64,000 nucleotides of DNA, from the NCBI RefSeq assembly GCF_964355755.1, contig NC_092671.1, positions 36,280,304 to 36,344,303 of the forward strand, written 5' to 3'. A program made the translations under genes and the position numbers. Shown in pieces: positions 27,001 to 36,610 of this stretch (positions are counted from its first letter, which is position 1; each line of letters begins with the position of its first letter). The stretch comes from Antedon mediterranea. Lineage: Eukaryota; Animalia; Echinodermata. Below the pieces are notes generated by a model. That model did no database searches. It saw only the letters and a program-made list of their open reading frames with translations, and had not been told where the DNA came from.

Positions 27001-30000
27001 TTTTTCTCAGTCTCACAGATTTCCTTATCTTTATCATTTCAAATATTGCTCGACATTTAGTATTACAGTACTTCAAAGTACGTTAATAACTTTTTACTTG
27101 CGGGTGACTTAAAATGCAGGCAGAACAATTTTTACTTAATTACAATCATAGTATCCAATGCAATATTGCCTTGCAATGTAATTAACAATTCTGTCATTGG
27201 TTTAAGGGTAAGCGTGGGCTAATTGGCCCACCTGGGATAACAGGAAGCAAAGGAAATATGGGTATACAGGGACCAAGAGGAATCGGTAAGTATAGGCTTA
27301 CCAAATGACATGTGCTACTGATAACGTTAACGTTGGATATATGAATAATAATAATAATAATAATTATTATTATATAAATAACTGTTGTTGAATTCACTTA
27401 GATGGCCCACCTGGTTATAAAGGTGACAGAGGCATGATGGGTATCCCCGGAGCACCTGGTTTAACGGGACGGAATGGTCCACCCGGACCTAATGGTGTTG
27501 ATGGGATCAAGGGAGAGAAAGGAGATACAGTAACAAACGGAGTATGTGGTTGTCAACGTAACATTGTGTTAATTTACTAACCAATAGTTCTACAGACTAT
27601 TTAATCTGACACACTTGAATACAACCTGGGATTACTGGAATCCTAGGTTGGGATTACTAATCCCAGGTTGGGATTACTGCATTAAGTAATCCCAAGTAAA
27701 GCCTGTTAAATTAGATTCATATCAGTACAAATACAAATGTGGTTTTTTTGTCAGCAATTAGTTGTTCCGGACGAATTCGTCTCTTTAATCCGACACACTT
27801 GAATACAACAGGAGATTACTTGAATCCTAGGTTGGGATTAATAATTCCAAATTGAGATTACTGTATTAAGTAATCCCAAGTAAAGCCTTAGCTAAATCAG
27901 CTTCATATCAGTATAAATACAAATGTTTTTTTTCAGCAATTAGTTGTTGTTGCGGACGAATTTGCCTTAAACGAAATAAACTCCGAGGTTTTACTAGCTT
28001 ACCGACTGGACAACAAGAAGCTCTATCTACGAGAGGACGACCAATGGCAGTGCGTAATGCTTCAGAAAGATATCCAGAAAATGCAAGGACCGCCAGGACC
28101 ACCGGGGGAAACAGGGAAGAGAGGGAAACCAGGACCTATGGGCCCAAGAGGAGAAAAGGGTGACGGTAGCAAGGTAGTAAAACATGATGATAGACAGGTA
28201 GGTAGATGTTGGGCAGCAGATGATGACACACTGGTGTTCAAACGCTGGTGGCCAACTGTGTGTTTCTTAATGGTGTCGTCACTTTAAAGCTTGGTTCCCA
28301 CTAACGACGTAACATAAGAAAATGCCCTTTCAGTTATTGTGTTTTCCCCCGCCTGCGTGAAATCAAACCTGCAATGTTTGCAGCACTGTGTGGCGACGTT
28401 GGTTTCTACTTGTGATTACTGCGTAGTCTGGGCTCCAGACGGAGTTTTGTCTTAGTAGGCCCTGTGGATTCCATATAAATATTAAACTACGGTCTTTCCA
28501 CGATTTTTTCTCAAGCTACTGAGTCTGATCCGATATTAACATAATCCTCGTTCTCAGTGACATAACGCCCATGAGCGCTCACTGGCTAAATCCAAGGGGA
28601 GGAGCTTATGTGGACCACTGAGTAGTGCCCAGAGGAAAAACAGAGGCATTAAAATGTGTAGAAAAGGCTAAAAACGCATGAGACCTGCGTTGGAGGGCCA
28701 GTAAAGCTTGGTTCCCACTAGCGACGCAACGTAACGCAACCTACGCAACGTAAGAAAATGCCCTTCCAATAATTGTGTTTGTCCCCGCCTGCGTGAAATC
28801 AAACCTACGATGTTTGCAGCACCGTCGGTTCCCACTTGTGATTACACAATACACTTTGCGTCAATACGTTGCGTTCTAGTGGAAACCACGCTTAAAGCGT
28901 GGTTCCCACTAGCGACGCAACGCAAGGACGTAACGCAACGCAAGTGAATTGACCAATCACAAGCGATGGCTTATTCGCTTGTGATTGCTAACTGTCTATA
29001 ACTTTGCTTGTCATTGGTTAAAACGCTTGCGTTGCGTTTACGTCCTTGCGTTACGTTCTAGTGGGAACCAAGCTTTAGGGTTCCTAAACCCAGGCGTTAC
29101 GACACTGCTCGTTCTAGATACACTATCTAAGAGAGGCAGATGACACTAATTCATCTAAGATTACATTACTATAATCATAATGGAAGGAAGTCATGTTAAA
29201 CATTGCAATTTCACTCTTTCCTGCTTGTTACAATCAATCAGTACCATATGTCCATTATGTTACTGTATTTCCCAGTACCGACATACCGTTATTCAATATT
29301 AGGCCATCGAGTGACGACAACTTAAGCCCTGTCTACACTATCCAACTTTATATTACCAAAAAATGTGATGTGCCCATAATGGACATGATGATGTCATATC
29401 ACTACCATATTTGAGCATATCACTACCATATTTGGCCACATCACACTTTTTTTGTCAAACTTGCTTTATAATGTAGACAGAGCTTTAAGTATAGTTTTAT
29501 ATAGTTACTATTATCATTCAATACTGACATGTATTTTATCGTATTCCATGTTTCTAAATTCTGTTTCAAAACGTGTTAAAAGATTCAATTTATTTTCACC
29601 AAAACAGTCTGGTAATTGCGGGAATGGTATAATTGAAAACGGAGAGTCATGTGACGACGCAAACAACAATGATAACGACAATTGCATAAGTAAGTGTCAT
29701 TGTGACAACATTAACATTGTTATTTATACACCACCATTTTTTTCCATTTCGTTTTAACATAGGGCCTATGTATACAGTGTATATAATATGAGTGGATGGA
29801 GGTCACGTAAGTTTTGTAAATTAACTTTTTCTCTGATAATAATAACAATGCTATGGATAATAGACTAAAATATATGTTTAATAAAAATCAACATACAATT
29901 TAAATTAAAAAGACAGTAAAAGTTAAGATTAACAAGGTAGTTTTATGACGATTATAATGATAAAACTAGAGTATAATGTATCTGTAATAATCGATCATAT

Positions 30001-30468
30001 GTATCTGGTGAAAATTAATTACTTACTTTTTTCTTGAGACAAATGAAAAGAAGAAAATCTTCAATGAGGGTGGGTCTATTATTCAAATATCGGTGGTATC
30101 TAAAACAACCCTTTCTTTTCAGATTGTAACCTATCATTTTGCGGGGACGGATACAGACAGGAAGGGGTCGAAGAATGCGATACGTTCGATTTCGGTGATA
30201 AAACATGCGATAGTTTCCTTCCTGGGTAAGTCTCATAATCAAAAAAAAAAAAAACTGCTGGTGTCAAAAACCATTTTAACCATTACGATTCGGAAACAAT
30301 TTAGGCCTGCTGTCAATCAATTTAAATTTATTTTCTCATAATAAAGAACGCATTTTTTTTTTATCCAGGTACGTCGCAACCGGTCGTTTACGGTGCAACT
30401 TTGGATGCCAAATCAACTCCCAGGGATGTCGAGCCCTTTACAGAAAAACAAGCACGCCATTTGGTTAA
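24081..30468 (+). CDS. COLQ: ColQ-like collagen (acetylcholinesterase collagenic tail homolog) with N-terminal VWC domain
   Basis: Exons: 24081-24177 (signal peptide [27 protein letters not shown]); 24280-24368 and 24616-24709 (VWC: [13 protein letters not shown]); 25149-25459 (two polyproline tracts); 25794-25913, 26049-26129, 26436-26489, 26812-26883, 27207-27285 and 27402 to about 27541-27557 (Gly-X-Y); about 27937-28197 (trimerisation-like [36 protein letters not shown], then more Gly-X-Y); 29608-29689, 30123-30225 and 30369-30468 ([14 protein letters not shown]..., [33 protein letters not shown]...C.I....C). The last three exons match the ColQ C-terminal domain. A non-coding first exon may end at the GTAAGT donor near 21600. 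Confidence 0.85.
24748..24975. mobile_element. TIR element (second copy about 48205-48413)
   Basis: aaggcaatctaac ... gttagattgcctt inverted termini; internal tgtggctgcga...gtcgcagccagacataagatc shared between the copies. Confidence 0.7.
25476..25770. repeat. (TGAC)n-rich simple repeat
   Basis: Repeated caatgactgactgac units. Confidence 0.9.
28703..29077. mobile_element. MITE family B (PIF/Harbinger-like), two elements in direct tandem
   Basis: TIR AAGCTTGGTTCCCACTAG with TAA/TTA flanks. Related copies at about 21984-22140, 23534-23840, 28286-28420, 32935-33020 and 35710-36465. Confidence 0.85.
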
Positions 30469-31533
30469 TTGATGTTGTAACAACAGTTATATAAAACGAA
30501 TCCGAAATACGATAATTATGAACACTTTTTAACGAAAAGAACTTATTTTTTTCACAATCAAGAACCATGAACGTGTTGTGCAGATTGTTCTAATTCTGGC
30601 CTACACTATCAAACTAGTTTGACCAAAAAAATGCGATGTGCCCAGATATGGTATTGATATGCTTAAATATGGTGTTGATATGACATTATCATGTCTATTG
30701 TATGGGCACATCACTTTTTTTGTCACATAAAGTTTGATACTGTAGACAGAGCTTAACGGTATAAACTAGACTAAATTAATAACCAGCTCTTTTAATAGAT
30801 ATATAAAATAGTTTTTCTATTCAATAATAGAAATATAATCAAATATCTATTTTGTATAACTGTACTTGGTATTTTGTGTATAAGTTATAATGCGGAAAAT
30901 ATCAGTGACACCGGCGTCGTTCCTCATATACCGCGGTATCTAAAATCAGTTAGAACAATTATTTTGTGTATAAGTTATAATAATAGTTCCTCACATATCG
31001 CGGTATTTAAAATCAGTTAAAACAATTATTTTGTGTATAAGTTATAATGCGGCAGATATCAGTGACGCCGGTGTCGTTCCTCATATACCGCGGTCATAAA
31101 TCAGTTTTATTTTTAAATCAAAAAGCAACTGTATGACGAACGTGGCGTGATATATATAACAGTCGATCTGCTGAGACCAACAGACAAACTGACTGACTAT
31201 AAACAAACAAAAAACTCGATTGCAATACATTGAACTTCCAGAACAATAGATCATTAGACCTATATTTTGGAACTGTCCCAAGTGCGGACACATTTAAATA
31301 CAATTCCCGCAGATTATCACTACAATAGATTTGATCTGTACACCCTAGACAAAGATATATAATATTGTACAATGATTATCACATCCGATAAACCTATAAC
31401 TATATACAAATCATACATTACCAATACAAAGTTGAGATCTTGTAAAGGAGATACAAGATTATTTTTATTTGAGAAAGACAGGTCACAGAAACAGATTATA
31501 TGCAAATGATGGAACAAGGTCCGCTGCTGATAT

Positions 31534-31565
31534 TATAAATTCAAGTTCAGTAAACATTTTTCATT
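31534..31565 (+). promoter_or_regulatory. TATA box and Inr-like site of the ependymin-related gene
   Basis: TATAAA at 31534 with TCATT about 27 nt downstream, upstream of the ATG at 31606. Confidence 0.5.
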
Positions 31566-31605
31566 TATTTGTTGGTGAAAGGTGCACGAGAAAACATCGA
31601 ATACA

Positions 31606-33631
31606 ATGACTACTATTCGGGTAAGCTTTTATTATCGTTCTAAAATTCTTATTTTGAATTAGTTTTTCTGTTAAACACGTCACAGAACGTTTAATTGCTT
31701 CAATGTGCTGCCAATCTTTATTGCAATTTTTCTTTTTATCGCAAATTTGAAAGAAGAATTTCAAACGGCTTTTCTGACGATTTTAGCCTTACAATCATTA
31801 CCTACTAAACACATCGACTGCATGCAACTTAGTTTTATTTACCTAGATAATTGCGACAAAAAAGCTTGCGTTGTCAACGTTTTCTATTCGAATGATTTTC
31901 TGTTAGCACAAAATTTGCGAATACAAAAAGTACGAAAGTTCCCACTCGAATACAATGTCGTACTGTATTAGTATGTATTGTGCGGCCTTATGGTGCGATT
32001 TTAATGTAAAAACTATGAAGTCATTACAGGTCTGTTATAATAACGCACTTAGAAAGATTTTAAGACGCTCAAGGAGCTGTAGTGCTAGTGCTATGTTTGT
32101 TGATAACCATGTTCCCTCCTTCTATGAGTACATTCGGAAATCAATTTTTTGTCTCAAAACAAAAATTGAAAAAAGCTGTAATACTTTAATTAGGCCTACA
32201 TGTGTTTTTTTCTCGTATTCTAAAAGATACAAAGTTGCATAGAAAATGGATAGAACTTTTGTATATATAATCTCATGTATACTTTTACGTGTGTTAACTA
32301 GTATCAGTATAGCCATAATAATGTGTTGTTTTGTAAACTATAGTAATCAATAATATAATAATGTCTACAGTCTACATCCAATAAATCCCAAAACATAGTC
32401 CACATGTATTTTAAGAGGCAGTATATGTCAACAAATAATTATTAGTCCTCTCTCCATCACATCACAGCCACTGATCATCAACTGGGCCCTCTGGGAGACC
32501 AGTCTTTGACTGAAGAGGTTACCCAGTATAAATATAAATTTCTATCAATCAATCAATGACGGTTGTCACATAATGCTTTGTACTATTTTTTATTGTATTT
32601 ATATGGTTCATATGGACAGTTTGTCTGAAATAAAGTTGAATTGATTGATTGAATATGTTTGTATTCGTTTACAGACCATTCTATTTTTAGCTGTTTGCAT
32701 TGCGGCGGCGTCGAGTATGCCAACAAAGCAAACGTCGACCGCACCACCGACTACACCTGCGCCAAAACCATGTACATCTCCTCCAAAATGGGAAGGACGA
32801 GCAAGTGAATATGACCATAAACAAGGAATCAACAATCGATTTTTGATCAGCTTTGATGGCGAATCCAAAATGAAGAGATTCATCGAGGAGAGAAAATCGT
32901 TCATGCCCGGAAAGAGGTAACCTAATAATTAGAGGCTGGGTTCCCCACTTGTGAGTGAGTTGACCAATCACAGTTCAAATGATTACTCGCGTCGTGATTG
33001 GTCAAAATACTTTACGTTCTTACGTAGACACATACAATATGAAATGACTTTGTTCCATGACAAGTTTTTTTTGGCAGTGTAGTGATTTGCAGTGTAGTGA
33101 TCTTGATTGTTTTTAATAACTAGATTTAAGACGGATATAATTATATTTTGGATGTGCATAGCTTTACAAAATCCGATCTTAACTAGGTAATTCAGAGTTT
33201 TTCGGAACTAGAGATAGATGACATGTGTTGCCTCTGGCCGGATGAAAGGGGTTACCTATACATGTATAGATGTTGTGCCGCTGCACAATAATTAAAAGAT
33301 GAAGGTGTAAGCAAAATGACCGGCTACAATTACTTTGGCTACATGCAGTGTTTGGTGAAGGCATGGTGAAGTACATTTGGCACATGTCTTGAACTGTTTT
33401 GGTGTTGCACATACTTTTGTGTTATGGTCCTGTGCTAGGAGGATGGCTGTAGTTGATGAATGATTCAACTATGAACTTGTCTTGATGAAAATCATAATTA
33501 GAATTGTCCTAAATATTAAAAACCTAACCCTCTAAATAATCTCTCTCAAACTAAAAAATCTCAGTAGAGAATCGATATAGCCCACTGAGAAATTCAAAAG
33601 CCCCTATCGTATCAAATTAGGTTATACAGAA

Positions 33632-33665
<34 letters not shown>

Positions 33666-35467
33666 CATACTGTAAATTATAGAAACAGTGCTCATATTCG
33701 GAACATGATCTCATAATCGCGTCGAGCATAGCTCATTGGCGAAAGTTCCGTATTTTTTAGTTGTATGAAAAAATGTCTCTGGCGGGATTCGAACCTGCAA
33801 CCTCTCGCTTACAGGGCGAGTATCATACCACTAGACCACAGAGCCATGTATGGTATTATCACAGATTTTCACCCACCAGATACATTCTCTCATACAACAA
33901 ACGCCCTCACAATCAGTGGAGGCTTAACGAGTCAGAATAAATTCCAACTTTAATTCGCAACGGTTTTTTAAATAATATTGTGTATATGTAAATCAATGAT
34001 GTTGCGTAGCACTGTGTAAATTATATATTAATCATACTGTAAATTATAGAAACGGTGCTCATATTCGCAACATGATATCTCATAATCGCGTCGAGCATAG
34101 CTCATTGGCGAAAGTTCCGTATTTTTTAGTTGTATGAAAAAATGTCTCTGGCTGGATTCGAACCTGCAACCTCTCGCTTATGAATGATGATTACTCTTAT
34201 AACAAAATAACCGCACAATAATATATACAACGCGAGTTTCCGGCCAGGAAAATAAAACAGATGCTAAGTTAGTGACGATTATCGGTAACATGTGACACTG
34301 TATTACAGAATGTGTCCATGAAACTGGGAAAATCAGTTCATATGCGGGGATACAGTAGAGAAAATAATGTATTTCTATATATTTTTTTAACAGATTTTTT
34401 GAATACATCCAGGACTACACCAAGAATATCCAATACAAGATCAACAAGAGCTACAACCAATGCACCGTTGATAAGCTGAATACCCCATGGCAAAACCATA
34501 CCATCCCGGTCAATGCTACCCTGGAGGACCAGTACACCATGGGTGATGTTTCGGAACAATTTCATGTGCAGGAGTGGTCCGACAGAATACCTGGACATAA
34601 GAGTAGGTTCACACTAGATTTAATCTTTGTTCATATTAGGAGGCGAGCCGAAAACTAAACGAATTGACTAATCGGAAGCGATGAATTATTTGAAACGTCG
34701 CTTATGATTGGTCTGAACATAAGATATTATAGTTCACTATATAATATCTCTATGGTCTGAATTCGTTTACGTTCGTCCGTGTGTGAGCCAAGATTTATGG
34801 GCGATGCTATGATTTTATGGTACAAGAGTACGGATAAAAAAAAACCAAGGAACCGTACATTTAAATAATACGACGCGTAAAAAGAGTTCGTGTATCCATA
34901 TACATCATATTTTACGGCAGTCGTTGTTGTAAAGATATACATAGTAAACGCGTTCGACAAAGAACAGTGTAAACAAATATCAACATTTATCTTTGTCAAC
35001 TTAAGCTCTGTCTACACTTATCAACAAAAAAGTGTGATGTGCCCAAATATGGTAGTGATATGCCCTCATCATGTCCATATATAATTTAACCATACAGATA
35101 TTAGGCATACAGTGATCATTTTATCAAGCAGAGGCCTGGGGTTTTCCCTCTACAATATTTTGTATATTTTTCTACAATATTTGCGTATAATTATCTATTT
35201 CCAGAGGAAGCATGGATTGGCGCATTTACGGTAAAAAATTGCTGGCCTGTCTTTGAGGTGTTCACCTACAACGACCCAGAGGACGAGTACAGTGTGTCCA
35301 CCTCAACCCGGTTCTTTGACCTGACCGTTGGAATTAAAGACATGAGTGTGTTTACGCCGCCAGACATCTGTAATAAGGCTCTCAAGGAATTTGAGGAGAG
35401 AGATGAATCTTTCGTTAACAATGTTGTAGAATTTTTCAAGAAAATGTTTACATCCTGGTCAATCTAG
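31606..35467 (+). CDS. Ependymin-related protein (EPDR/MERP family), 4 exons
   Basis: Exons 31606-31620 (MTTIR, tentative), 32675-32916, 34394-34602 and 35205-35467 join in phase. Signal peptide; motifs PCTSPPKWEGR, IPVNATLEDQYTMG, VQEWSDR, WIGAFTVKNCWPV, TRFFDLTVGIKDMSVFTPPDIC. Confidence 0.92.
31966..32260 (+). mobile_element. 3' fragment of a non-LTR retrotransposon ORF2 (RTE-X-like)
   Basis: YCAALW...LQVCYNNALRKIL...RSCSASAMFV...VPSF...IRK resembles the C-terminus of a LINE reverse transcriptase ORF. Confidence 0.7.
33774..33845 (-). pseudogene. tRNA-like element (tRNA-Pro-like body, atypical anticodon loop CCTGTAA)
   Basis: ggctctgtggtctagtggtatgatactcgccctgtaagcgagaggttgcaggttcgaatcccgccagagaca folds as a cloverleaf with 2 stem mismatches and C33, followed by T6. 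Partial duplicate at about 34143-34180. Confidence 0.6.
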
Positions 35468-35709
35468 GATTACACGAATAATCAATTCGTATATAATAAA
35501 AATATTAGTAACATAATGATCAAATTTTAGATCATCAAAATGTGTTTAAAATTAATATTTACCTTCACCAACGTTAAGCAGATATACTGTATTAATGTGT
35601 AGTGAATTCATAATAAAAAAAAAGTTAAACTGATAAAATGTCTGTTTTGAATTTTTTTTTCAAATTGTGTGCTGACATAATGCCAAGAATTATAATTTTG
35701 ACACATTGA

Positions 35710-36385
35710 ATAATTTATCACTTGTGATTGGTCAAATCCCTTGTGTTGCGCTACGTCTTTGTGCTGTGTGTCCAGTGGGAACCACGTATTACCACTTGGA
35801 TGCAACACTGGGATATAAGCGCACTGCAAGTAAGTAATTTAACCAATCCGAACGCAACGATCATCCAAACTGCCGCTTGTGATTGGTCAACTCACTTGTG
35901 TAGTACCATGGAGTAATAATTAGAAGTACTCCATGGTAGTACCTACATTGTTTTGTTCCATTCAAGTTTTTTGAGTAATTGAGCTTAAAGCTTGGTTCAC
36001 ACTAGGAAGCAACGCAAGAGTGTTGACCAATAACAAGCGACAGTGCCAATAATTTATCACTTGTGATTGGTCAAATCCCTTGTGTTGCGCTACGTCGTTG
36101 TGCTGTGTGTCCAGTGGGAACCACGTATTACCACTTGGATGCAACACTGGGATATAAGCGCACTGCAAGTAAGTAATTTAACCAATCAGAACGCAACGAT
36201 CATCCAAACTGCCGCTTGTGATTGGTCAACTCACTTGTGTAGTACCATGGAGTAATAATTAGAAGTACTCCATGGTAGTACCTACATTGTTTTGTTCCAT
36301 TCAAGTTTTTTGAGTAATTGAGCTTAAAGCTTGGTTCACACTAGGAAGCAACGCAAGAGTGTTGACCAATAACAAGCGACAGTGC
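35710..36385. repeat. 339-bp tandem duplication of MITE-derived sequence
   Basis: Near-identical blocks offset by 339 nt; the ORFs at 35728 and 36067 are twins. Confidence 0.95.
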
Positions 36386-36610
36386 GAATAATAGATCGCT
36401 TGTGATTGGTCAACTCGCTTAGTTGCATTACATCCTTGTGCTGCGTCTCTAGTGGGAAACAAGGACAAAGACTTTTTTTAAGTGTTGGTTTTTGTGAGTA
36501 AAAATACAGTATATTCAGATTGTAAATTTCAAAATACTGTATAGTGAATGTATTTTTGCAATGCGTATGGTATAAAAACTTAACAAATGCTATTACAATA
36601 ATTATTGTCT

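Noticed and set aside
33200-33500. Possible retroelement (Penelope-like) remnant
   Set aside because: Only faint Cys-containing similarity and no continuous frame; cannot be supported without a search.
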